Notes under the pieces: generated by a model | What the model was told of the DNA's origin: nothing | Database searches by the model: none | The model's input: only the letters and a program-made list of their open reading frames with translations | Origin: the human T2T-CHM13v2.0 reference genome, Homo sapiens | NCBI RefSeq assembly: GCF_009914755.1 | Contig: NC_060946.1 | DNA length: 64,000 bases | Direction: 5' to 3' (one strand) | Translations under genes and position numbers: made by a program | Part shown: in pieces, positions 1 to 14,068 of the stretch | How the letters are laid out: each line of letters opens with the position of its first letter | Position numbering within the stretch: position 1 is the first letter of the stretch

Positions 1-153
1 CTGCCACCACGCCTGGCTAATTTTTTTGTTTTTTTAGTAGAGACGGGGTTTCACCGTGTTAGCCAGGATGGTCTTGATCTCCTGACCTTGTGATCTGCCA
101 GCCTCAGCCTCCCAAAGTACTGGGATTACAGGTGTGAGCCACCGCACCCAGCC
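1..153 (-). mobile_element. Alu (AluY-like), cut by window edge
   Basis: Antisense left arm with GTGTTAGCCAGGATGGTCT (AluY-type) ending ...CACCCAGCC. Confidence 0.9.
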
Positions 154-351
154 CAAGTTCCTTACTTTTCATGTGTTTAATATTTTCTCCCAATTTATAG
201 AATATATTGATTAAAAATAAATTTTAGCCATGCATATCTATTAAAAACTTCATGATATACTTTGCTATTTTTAAATTTCTTTTGCTCTTATAAAATGTGT
301 GTTCTGGACTCACGTTGGCTTCCATTTCTTCCCTCTGGCTTCTATTAGTTT

Positions 352-450
352 AGGCTATGAGCAGAGATGGACAAGGTGGCTACTGTAATGGATCAAGGCT
401 ATGAGCAGAGATGGATGAGGCAGTGGCTGTAATGGATTAAGGCTATGAGC
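352..450. repeat. 44-bp tandem repeat, about 2.25 copies
   Basis: AGGCTATGAGC recurs at 352, 396 and 440; two full units share AGAGATGGA...CTGTAATGGAT. Confidence 0.9.
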
Positions 451-558
451 ATCTTGTGAAGTAGGATGTTAAATCTGTAAATATCAGAATGAATCCAAAT
501 GTATCAATTCAAAACTGGATTGTAAAACAGCTCAAAAAATACTAAAAACACAGCTCTA

Positions 559-845
559 CACTTTAGGAGGCTGAGGCAGGCAGATTGCTTGAGCTCAGGA
601 GTTGGAGACAAGTCTAGGAAACATGGAAAAACCCTGTCTCTACAAAAAAAAATATATTTTTAATTAGCTGGGTATGGTGGTATGAGCCTGTGGTTGCAGC
701 TTTTCAGGAGGCTGAGGTGAGAGGATTGCTTGAGCCCAGAAGGTAGAGGCTGCAGTGAGATCTGATCACACCACTGCATTCCACCCTAGGTGACAGAGTG
801 AGACAAGTCTCAAAAACAAACAAGCAAAAATAACTAAAAAAAACA
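559..845 (+). mobile_element. Alu (AluJ-like), 5' truncated
   Basis: Both arms with GATTGCTTGAGC(C/T)CAG, A-rich linker and tail. Confidence 0.88.
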
Positions 846-1215
846 TCTCTAAAAGAAGGTGGCTAGAAAAGTAGCTCAAGTTGTTCCTCTCTGGTTAAAT
901 ACAAACATAAATGAACTACTTATGTGCCACAGTGGCTTCATAATGCTGAAAGCAAAGTCAATTATTCTAGCAGTTTCTGGAAAACTTTATCATATCATGG
1001 GGTTCAATGAAAATATCAAATCATAAATATAATAATCAAATCTGAAAGTGAATCTAGTTTCAAAGACCTCAGAAGCCACTGTGTAGGAAGCTCCTTTCAG
1101 ATAGAGACAAAGGATTATTTGACTTCTTAGCTCTGTTGTCTAGCACAATGTCCAGAACACAACAGATATTCCATATGCACAGTCACATCCTATGTATGTG
1201 TTATTTCTTTTCCAG

Positions 1216-2730
1216 CAAGGACTAGAGGTCCTAAGCTTTGTTTATGTGGTGAGCCAGTGCCCACATGAGCAGGAGAATCTTAGCACAGTCACCTACACAC
1301 TCATTTCAATGCTCTGGCCCCTTATCCAAGCTAGTCAAAGTGTGGTCTATGGTTTTGCATTTTAGGGAGATCCCTGGGTGAATCTTGTGGCTGTCAAAGG
1401 AGGAGAAGCACTGCCTCAAAATATAGAAAAGGTGAACTAATTTATCGAGGCAGGCTGGCTATTTTTTATTTATCTTGCTGATGGGAAGATTCAAATTGAT
1501 ATACACAATCACCCCCATAAGGATTTCAGGTAAAAAACAAACAAAGGTTTAGATACCAGATGTGTTTTACAATTACCACACCACTCTTTAATACAGCATC
1601 TAGTAGCACATTTCCAATAGATTTAGGTGAAAATTTCTGTTTTATGAGCCTTCTGTCAGTACTTTTACAATTGGATACTCAATAAATAGTGGCCAAATTG
1701 AATCTCTTACAGGCATCTCACTCAAACTGCAGTCATATTTTCCAATAGGCCCCATAAAAATCCTTGTTCTGGAGCAATCTAATATATTTATCCACCTCTT
1801 TAGACACTTAGGTAAGTATAATAATACAAGCTTTGTGTGGGTGTGTATATTGTGTACCTTGTGGCCTCTTGCCCAGTTTCTGCAACAACTGAAGCTGAGG
1901 CAAGTTTAATGTAAATAACGTCCAGCAATGTTAGAAATGTTGACTTTTATGTGCCCATCAGGAAAAAAAGATGAATGTTATTGTAGAGGAAATTTTCATT
2001 CTGGAAAAAATGCATACTGTTTGAATTTTACTTTCATGCTTTCCACAGATATTATACACAGATATTATATTCCAAGGATTATGTTTCAAAATCATCAAAA
2101 ATAGAAAATACATTTTATATTTCTAGCTGAAAATAATAACAATAATTAGCCTACCTTTGGGGAAATGTGATAAAAATACTAATGACCATCACAACTCATT
2201 AAAAGCATAAAATGTGCAATGATTTAAACTACATGTTCTTTATATGAATTATATACGTAGGAATATAGACACATTTGATAAATGCTATTTAAAGTCTGAG
2301 TGCTTTGGTAAATGATTCAGTCACCTGTAGGTTGAAGGGATTACTTTTATCTGCCTTCATAGTGAGAATTAGATTTCTATTCTTTATAAATCAGGGAATA
2401 CAGATTGTGCATGGAGTAAAAGAATTCAATCCTTATTAATAATGATGGCAGCGGCACTGCAGAAGAGAAAGCCTGTCAGGGTAACGTGTTCAGTTTTACA
2501 TCGTAATCAGAGTGTGTCGATCTCTGTTGAAGGCAGAATTAAAAACCCCTTCAACATTTTTTAAATAATAGATTAAAAACATCTCAAAGTCACTTTTAAA
2601 ATTTGAATTGACGATTCCACATAACAGGAAAAGGACCAAGAACATCTTAAAGAAATACTTCATGATGGAAGTGATGTTTTAAGTGAAATTTCATCAAGGA
2701 GAAGTTTTTCCAGAAAGTCTTTTGACCTCA
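1216..2730 (+). other. Candidate multi-exon fragment of an unidentified gene (exons 1216-1248, 1366-1431, 1713-1811, 2395-2480, 2628-2730)
   Basis: Each segment has a pyrimidine-rich AG acceptor and a GT donor (GTGAGC, GTGAAC, GTAAGT, GTAACG, GTAAGT); joined, they keep one open frame; protein not recognised. Confidence 0.4.
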
Positions 2731-2967
2731 GTAAGTATCTCATTAGTTTACTCTGGTAAATAGTTTCTAGTAAAATGAGAAAGACTTGATTTTTAAAAAA
2801 CAATAAAAAATTACATGGTTTAATCTAATGTTGTGATTTCAAAAGTGCTATTTGTGCCCTCACAGTTACACATGTGTACATATACGCATTTTCTTGGCTC
2901 ACTCAAATGCCAAAAAAATACTTTACTATCCAGGCTCCTTAAAGGCAAATTAATTTCTAAAAGTGAG

Positions 2968-4960
2968 GATTGTATGTATGCTGTGAGGTGTGCGCAGGTG
3001 TATGCTTGTGATGTGTATGTATGGTGTGTGTGTGTGGTCTGTGTGTGTAGTAGGTGCACAGGGTATGTATATGTGTGTGGTGTGTATTGTGGATGTTATG
3101 TGTGTATACTGTGTGTAGTGTGTGGGTGGTGCATGGTGTGTATATGTGCTGTGTTTGTGGTGTATGTGTGTGGTGTGTATGTGTACTATGTGTGATGTGT
3201 GCATGTGATATGTGTGCAGTGTGTGTGGTTATGATGCTGTGTGTGTGCAGTGTGTGTAGTGTTTGATGTGTGCTTGATGTGTGTGTAGAATGTGTGTAGT
3301 GTGGTGTGTGTATGTGATGTATGTGTTTGCTCTGTGTGTGGTGCTGTATGTACATGTGCAGTGTGTGGGGAGTATGTGTGGGGTGTGTGGTGCTGTATGT
3401 GTGTGGTGTATGTGTAGTAGATTCGTGTGTCTGGTGTGTGTGCAGTGTGTGTGGTGTGGGCGTGTGTGCGCGTTTGCACACAGTGTGCAGTGTGTGTGGG
3501 ATGTGTGCACATGGTGAGTGTGTGGTGTGTGTGGTGCCGGGTGTGTGTGTGTACACATGGTGTATGCAGTGTCTGGTGTGTGTGCGTGTGCACATGGTGT
3601 GTGTGCAGTGTGTGGTGTGTGTGGGTTGTGTGCATGTATACATGGTGTGGGTGCAGTGTGATGTCTGTGTGTGTGTGCATGTGCACATGGTGTGTGTGGT
3701 GTGTGTGTATACATGGTGTGTGTGCAGTGTGTGCAGTGTCTGTGTGTGTTGTCAGGGTGTGTGCATGTGCACATGGTGTGTATGCAATGTGTGGTGTTTG
3801 TGTGCAGGGTGTGTGTGCATGTGTACATGGTGTGTGTGCAGTGTGTGTATACATGGTGTGCTGTGTGCAGTGTTTGTGGTGTCTGGGATGTGTGTACATG
3901 GTGTGTGTGCAGTGTGGTGTGTGGGTGTGTGTATATACATGGTGTGCTGTGTGCAGTGTGTGTGGTGTCAGTGTGTGTGGTGTCTGGGGTGTGTGTGCAT
4001 GTGTACGTGGTGTGTGTGCAGTGTGTGGTGTGTGTGTGCATACACATGGTGTGTGTGCAGTGTGTGGTGTGTGTGGGGTGTGTGCAGTGTGGTGTCTGGG
4101 GTGTGTGTGCACACATGATGTGTGGTGTCTCTGCATGTGTACATGGTGTGTGTGCAGTGTGTGGCAGCTGCATGTGGGGTGTTGTGCATGTGCACATGGT
4201 GTGTGTGCAGTGTGTGGTGTCTGGTGTGTGTACACATGGTATGTGTGCAGTGTGGGTGGTGTCTGTGTGTGGGGTGTGTGTGCACATAGTGTGGCATGTG
4301 CAGTGTGTGTGGTGTCGGGTGTGTGCATGTGCACATGGTGTGTGTGTAGTGTGTGTGATGTCCGGTGTGTGCACATGGTGTGTGTGCAGTGTGTGGTGTC
4401 TGTGTGAGGTGTGTGTGCATGTGCACATGGTGTGGTGTATGCAGTATGTGTGGTGTCTGGTGTCTGTGTGCACATGGTGTGTGTGCAGTGTGGTGTCTGT
4501 ATGGGGTGTGTGCATGTGCACATGGTGTGTGTGCAGTGTGTGGTGTCGGGTGTGTGCATGTGCACATGGTGTGCAGTGTGTGGGGTGTTTGCAGTGTGTG
4601 GTGTCTGTGTGTGTGGGTTGTGTATGGTGTCTGAGGTGTGTGTGCATGTGCACATGGTGTGGTGTGTGCAGTGTGTGTGGTGTCTGTGGTGTGTGTGTGC
4701 ATATGGTGTGGTGTGTGCACTGTTTGTGGTGTCTGGGGTGTGTGCATGTGTACATGGTGCGTGTGCAGTGGGTGTGGTGTGTGGGGGGTGTGCAGTGTGT
4801 GGGGGGGTGTGCATGTGCACATGGTGTGTGTGCTGTTTGTGTGGTGTCTGTGTGTGGGGTGTGTATGCGTGTGCACATGGTGTGTGTGTTGTTTGTGTGG
4901 TGTCTGTGTGTGGGGTGTGTGTGCGTGTGCACATGGTGTGGTGCGTGCAGTGTGTGTGTT
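2968..4960. repeat. 2-kb GT-rich satellite/minisatellite
   Basis: Degenerate (GT)n grading into a recurrent unit GTGTGCATGTGCACATGGTGTGTGTGCAGTGTGTGGTGTCTG. Confidence 0.97.
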
Positions 4961-6254
4961 ATGAGTGACTGCTTCTGTTAGCTTGTGGACATCAGTCTTC
5001 CAGACCAGCTTCCTCCATGTGTCTGGGAACATAAGAAACAAGTTTCTGCAATAATTATTACACAACTTTTCCAGAGAGGGACCAAATTTCTGTCGTGAGT
5101 GGGTATCTGCATCATTGCAGGAGGGAATGTGAGGTCCCTGCTTGGCTCACACCCTCTGTGGGTTTAGGCACAGGGTCCTGCTGTATCTTTCACTGTGACC
5201 AGAGAGGGAGGGCTCTGTTTCACCACAGGGCACAAGAAGAGGACTGGTGTGCGGGAAAACCAGGTAATCATAATGGTATTAATAATAGCAGTAATCATAC
5301 TCTTTTATACATTGTATATGTCATAAGGATTTTAACTTTAATGTAACATAATTGCTGTAAAAATTGCCCCAGTTTGTTTCGTGCTTTTCACCTGGTGTTG
5401 AAATGTTTAAAAATTTACGTTTTAGGTACGTTACGTTTATTCCTTTTTGTATGGTTTCTGTTTGAAATTTTAATTTTAGAAGACATTCATTCTCAAGGTC
5501 ATAAAACATACACACACATCTAATTTTCTTTTCTCTCTCTTTTTTTTTTTACATTTAATACTGGAATTAATTTTTATGTAATGTGTGGGACCATGATCCA
5601 ATTCTATCATTTTATATTCTCAAATCATTACCCAATATTTTAGTACCATAAATGGAATAATCGCTCTGTTTTGTGGATTTAAAATGTTACCCTGTTACTA
5701 GATAAAATTACACTCAATTTCTGTGTTTTTAATTCTCTTTCATTAATGTGTTTATTTTTGTGCCATTTCAAATTTCTTTAATTTTGAATAGTGATAATAA
5801 CCTTAAATATCTTATAGTAAATTTTATAATATTGGCTCTCATCACGTGTGTGTTCAATATATGGATTTAAAAATCACATGTTCTTGTTCGAAAATATTTT
5901 TCTTGGAATTTTTATTGGAATTTGAGCATATTTTTAAATGATTTACAGCAAATTAAAGAGTTAATATTATTGAGTCCTCTCATCCAGAATGTGACATGCA
6001 AATTCCTCAAGCCTCCTTTAATGCCATTTAATCAAAATTAATATGTTAAATCAATCTAAATTAGTATAAATGAGTATAACTAATGATTAAAGTAAATTAA
6101 TGTGTTTGGCTCCACGTTTCTGTCTTCTGCCTTCTATCACTGATGTTTTATTCCTATCCTTGTTGTTTTCTATAGTTTCTTTTATTATGTCTTTTTCTGT
6201 CTTGTGATATGAAAACTATATGACACATTGTAATGTTTTAATTTTCCTAATTTT

Positions 6255-7119
<865 letters not shown>

Positions 7120-7143
7120 GTTTTTGTTTTAAGAACTGCAGAC

Positions 7144-7450
7144 AAGCTGTGTGCAGTGGCGCAAGCCTGTAATTGCTGCACTTTGGGAGGCTGAAGTGGC
7201 TGGATTGCTTGAGCCCTGGAGTTCAAAACCAGCTGGGCAACATAATGAGACCCCATCTCTACAAAAAAAAAAAAAAGGTATTAAAAAAATAGCCAGGCAT
7301 AGTGCTGCATGCCTGTAGTCCCAGCTACTCAGGAGGCTGTGGCAGAAAAATCACTTGACCCAGCAGTTTGAGGCTGCAGTGAGCTATGATCATTCCACTG
7401 CACTCTGGCCTGGGCGACAGAGTGAAACCACATCTCAAAACAAAGAACAA
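7144..7450 (+). mobile_element. Alu (AluJ-like)
   Basis: Two arms, GGATTGCTTGAGCCC, GAGGCTGCAGTGAGCTATGAT, A-rich tail. Confidence 0.9.
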
Positions 7451-7461
7451 CCAAAAACCTA

Positions 7462-9577
<2,116 letters not shown>

Positions 9578-10330
9578 ACCCCTGGTGGATGTCACCCTCC
9601 TCCCTCCTCTATCAAGTTCACCCACACCGGGGCATGGGGAAAGGTGCTTCCCGCACCCCACATGCCCTGCATGCCTGGGGCTCTCCCACAGGGGGCTTTC
9701 ATGAGCCAGGCAGCAAGGGCCATCCCCTGCTCCAGCCCAGCCATGCTGCACAGGCAGAAGGACTCTCCCAACATGCCTGGCTATGTGGGGCTTTTTGTTC
9801 ACTGCCCTGGCTCCTCTGGAACTGGGGCTCTGCCACCCTCAGACTCCCTGGTGGCCTCCGCACCCCAACAAATGACAGGAAGACCAGGACCTGCAGCGCG
9901 AAGGCCTGCTGGGTCTGTGCTCAGTGGGACAGCTTGGGTCCCCTCAAGCTGAGTCACAGAGGCAAGGTGTGCTTGCGCCACCCACGTCCCACCGGAGTCC
10001 ATGGTGGGGCTGGAGCCCCAGGTCGCCAGGGCTTCGTGGGAACCCGAAGACGGGGCACCTCCACCTCCAGAGCTAGTAATCCCAAAGGCCTCCGTGTCAA
10101 GCACAGATGCCAGCCATCCAGGCGCCTCCCAACCGCTCCAGGAGCTGGGGTGCTCCTCTGCACTCACCTCCAGCCTGTTAAATGAGCTCCTGTAGAACCC
10201 AGAGTTTCAGCAAAAGGCACAACCTTTCCTAGATCCGGTGCCACTGGGGGAGCTGAAGGACATGGAAGAGCCCACTTTGCTGGAACCACTCCTCAGCCAG
10301 GAAGAACACCGGGCTCTGCTGGAGGAGCAG
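9578..10330 (+). pseudogene. DUX4L: DUX4-like pseudogene fragment: post-homeodomain region and C-terminal activation domain, with frameshifts and a stop
   Basis: [42 protein letters not shown]; [14 protein letters not shown]; PQVARASWEP; LLNELL*NPEFQQKAQPFL...GELKDMEE..LLEPLLSQEEHRALLEE, all collinear with DUX4; TAG at 10193-10195; no homeobox present. Confidence 0.92.
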
Positions 10331-11560
10331 GTTGGGGTGGGGTGGGGACAGGGCAGCGGCCTCTCTTTCGCTGTGAACCTCAGGCTTGGTATGGAGAGGT
10401 GTGTCTTCCCTTCCAGCTGACCTGTCTAGGATCCCTGAGTTCCAGGTCCAGCGAGAGACTCCACGCAGAGGAGGGCTGTCATTCTTTCCTAAGCATCTCG
10501 GGGATCCCAGAGCCTGCCCAGGTACTGGGATGTGGACTGTCTACTGCTCATGCGTGGGTTTGCAGACAGCAGCCTAGGTTTTCAACCAGCCCAGGTAGAG
10601 CTCTCATCCCTTCTTCCCCCACCCACCTGCTTTCTTCATTGGGGTGGGCGGAGACCTCCATCACAGGAAACACTGGCCCGGAGAGCGGCTGGACAGCGTC
10701 TGGCCACCTCTGCCTCCCTGCCCCACCGTCACTTGCCTATCCGTGCCCCACCAGCTTCCTGGCCATCACCGTGGAGCTCCTGACAGCTAAATGCAGACCG
10801 GAGACTCCTCGCAAACCGGGGTGGTGCCCTTTCTATGCAGGAGGGAACTCAGGCAGAGATGGGGAGAGGAACGGGGACAGAGAGGGAGCGATGGAGGGAA
10901 GAAGGAATGGATAGACGGAGGGACCTTGGAAGGGATGAAGGGATAGAAGGAGGGAGGGAGGGAGGAACCGAAGGAGGGAAGGAGGGTAAGAGGGAGGGAG
11001 GGAGCAAGGGACAGAGAAAGGAAGGCAGAGAGAAAAGCGGTCTTCTGCCTCCAGGACCAGCAGGACCTCGCACTCCGGGGAAATGTTGGGTGTCCAGTGC
11101 AAGCTAAGTGCTCGGCCCACAGCCGCGTCGGCCTGCGGGGCGCTCACCAGCCCTCCGGATCACCAGCCTGGGTCACTTCATCCTGGAGCAACTCAGACGA
11201 ATTCTGTCTCCCAGGGTATGAGCGAATTACCCAGAGAGCAATGAGCTGAGACTCAGGTGATTGTCCGTTATTCATCCACATGGTTCACAGATGACATATC
11301 CCCACGTTGAGCCTGCAACAGAGCGCGAGGTGGATAGTCCCGTCCACACAGGAGTCACACTCAGGACGACTGAAGGATGGTTTCGGGTTCCACGTTTGTT
11401 TGCCTTCTGCAAGGGGGCCTGTTGCTCACGTGTCTCCAGCCCTCGAAAGTGTGACCATGTTGACTGTTTGTTTCCCGAGCCCTATAGGGACACAGAAACC
11501 TCCAGAGAGGTGTGGAAAAGCAGCCTCGTGTCTTTGCTCTCCTTTCCAGTTTCCAAGACA
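10331..11560 (+). repeat. Diverged D4Z4-like unit sequence (end of one unit and first ~1 kb of the next)
   Basis: GGTACT at 10521 at the KpnI-equivalent position followed by CTACTGCTCATGCGTGGGTTTGC; GGCAGAGATGGGGAGAGGAACGGG; GAAAAGCGGTC; GGCCTGTTGCTCACGTGTCTCC, collinear with recalled D4Z4; many CpG decays. Confidence 0.85.
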
Positions 11561-11953
11561 CAGCTTGAAAGAGAGCTGGGGAGACCGGGATGGAGAGATA
11601 GAAACAGAGAGAGAGAGAAGAGTAGGAGGTTGAGGGGGAAGTAGAGAGAGAGAAGGAGGAAGGAGAGGGAGAGAGAGGAGCGAGAGGTGGAGGGGGAAGT
11701 AAAGAAATGGAGAGGGTGAGGGAGTTATAGAGCTGTAGAGCGAGAAAGACAGAGCCTTAGAGAGGGAGGCTCTGCTCAGGTAGACAGGGACACTTTGAGT
11801 AGGCCGGGGTGGGGTGGAGGGTGCTTGGGCCGGGCTAGAACAGGGGTTCAGGGCCCCCCATGAGGGAAAACCAACGCGGCACTGAGATGTGTTTTTCCTT
11901 GGATTGGTTGGTTGCTTTGTGGGTGCGTTTCATAGGACCCTTCCTTTGCTGGC

Positions 11954-12963
11954 TGTAGGGAAAAGAAAGCGAGATCAGACTGTTACTGTGTCTATGTAGA
12001 AAGGGAAGACATAAGAGACTCCATTTTGAAAAAGACCTGTACTTTAAACAATTGCTTTGCTGAGATGTTTTTAATTTGTAGCTTTGCCCCAGCCACTTTG
12101 ACCCAACCTGGAGCTCACAAAAATATGCGTTGTATGGAATCAACGTTTAAGGGATCTAGGGCTGTGCAGGGCGTGCCTTGCTAACAAAATGTTTACAAGC
12201 AGTGTACTTGGTAAAAGTCATCGCCATTCTTTAGTCTCAATAAACCAGGGGCACAATGCACTGTTGAAAGCCGCAGGGACCTCTGTCCTTGAAAGCGGGG
12301 TATTGTCCAAGGTTTCTCCCCATGTGATAGTCTGAAATATGCCCTCGTGGGATGAGAAAGACCTGACTGTCCCCCAGCCCGACACCTATAAAGGGTCTGT
12401 GCTGAGGTGGATTCGTAAAAGAGGAAAGCCTCTTGCAGTTGAGATAGAGGAAGTCCACTGTCTCCTGCCTGCCCCTGGGGACTGAATGTCTTGGTATAAA
12501 ACCCGATTGTACATTTGTTGAATTCTGAGATAGGAGAAAAACCGCCCTATGGTGGGAGGTGAGACATGTTTGCAGTAATGCTGCCTTGTTATTCTTTACT
12601 CCACTGAGGTGTTTGGGAGAAACATAAATCTGGCCTACGTGCACATCTGGGCATAGTATCTTCCCTTGAACTTAATTATGACATAGATTCCTTTGCTCAC
12701 ATGTTTTTTGCTGACCTTCTGCTTATTATCACCCTGCTCTCCTACTACATTCCTTTTTGCTGAAATAATGAAAATAATAATCAGTAAAAACTGAGGGAAC
12801 TCAGAGGCCAGTGCCTGTGCAGGTCCTTGGTGTGCTGAGTGTTGGTCCCCTGGGCCCACTGTTGTTTCTCTATACTTTGTCTCTGTGTCTTATTTCTTTT
12901 CTTAGTCTCTCTTCCCAACCGACTAGAAATACCCACAGCTGTGGAGGGGCAGGCCACCCCTTC
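11954..12963 (+). mobile_element. Solo LTR5 (HERV-K HML-2; LTR5A/B type)
   Basis: Starts TGTAGGGAAAAGAAAGCGAGATCAGACTGTTACTG, ends GGCAGGCCACCCCTTC; GCTGGC on both sides (11948-11953, 12964-12969); about 1010 bp. Confidence 0.95.
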
Positions 12964-13639
12964 GCTGGCTTCATTCTGTCTCCTTGGTGTGGTGGGCCCG
13001 AGATTTGTAGAGTGCGCCCATCCATCTGGTGGGAGCTGTGGCACTGAGCGTGTCCATGGGGTGAGGCCTGGGTCTCTTTCTTGTCCTTGGTATTGGAGTT
13101 TACCTGAAGTCGGTGCCAAAGTTCACAAGGACGGATTTCCTCGTGGCTGGTGAAGGCAATGTCCTTCCCCTGGGGAAAGCAGCCCACAGGTTCTGGAGCG
13201 GAGGTCTTGGCTGGTGTCTGTGGGACACGCTGCCCCTGCCCCCGGCTTGGACGGTTGCAGCGGCTCTTAATGAATGAATTGCCTGGGCGTCCGGAGAGCG
13301 GTAAGACACCCCGGGACGGCAGGAAACCTACCCCTGCGCCGTCGGGGTCCAGTACCTGCCACAGTGCCCCAGCTGGAGCCTGGCTCCTGGTGGGGCTGCA
13401 GCCAGGCGGAAGAGATGGGATGCTGCTGCCTGGGGGTATTACAGCTGCAGACCCCCACGAAGATGTTTCATCTCGACATAAATGTTTTTCTTTCTTCAGG
13501 TGATCTGTATCCTTAATTTTAGATTAGTGATAACTCCACAAATTTAGAGGCACAAAATATGGTTGCCCACACTTTATAATCACATTACCACCTCCCATTA
13601 CCACCACCTTTCCCCCTCTCCCCCCCCCAACTCCATAGA

Positions 13640-13752
13640 TTAGGTCTTGCCATGTTGCCCAGGCTGGCCTCAAACTCCTGGGCTTAAGTGATTTGCCTGC
13701 CTTGGCTTCTCAAAGTGCTGGGATCAGATGTGTGAGCCACAATGACCAGCCA
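13640..13752 (-). mobile_element. Alu monomer fragment (FLAM/AluJ-like)
   Basis: CATGTTGCCCAGGCTGGCCTCAAACTCCTGGGCTTAAG...CAAAGTGCTGGGAT. Confidence 0.8.
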
Positions 13753-13968
13753 ACCACCACCAAGTTTTGATTAAGCAGCACAGGGTTGTGGAGCTAAGGA
13801 CCCACAAATTTAGAAAAGTTTTTAAATATCATAACGTTTCTCTGAAGAAACAGTATTTTGTATTAAATTTTTAGACTCCTTTATACTGTTCTGTTATTTC
13901 CACTGAGCACAGTACTAAGTAATAATTGGTAAATCACAGCAGAAGTCATATTACTTTTTCTAATACAG

Positions 13969-14068
13969 AGTCCTTGGCTGTTTTCTAAGCTAAACCTGAT
14001 CACCTACATTGAGAAAAATAAAAAGCCCCAGAGTGTGAGGAGACAGGAGATAGTAGCCAAACATCCAA
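13969..14068 (+). pseudogene. Degenerate KRAB-B exon
   Basis: Translates SKLNLITYIEKNKKPQSVRRQEIVAKHP versus family pattern SKPDLITCLEQNKEPW.VKR.EMVAKHP; acceptor TAATACAG; donor decayed to CCAA|ATAGGT. Confidence 0.82.

Noticed and set aside
2833-5065. Long His/Thr/Pro-rich and Cys/Val-rich ORFs (up to 582 aa) resembling metal-binding proteins
   Set aside because: They are open in nearly all six frames because (GT/CA)n DNA lacks stop codons; a satellite artefact
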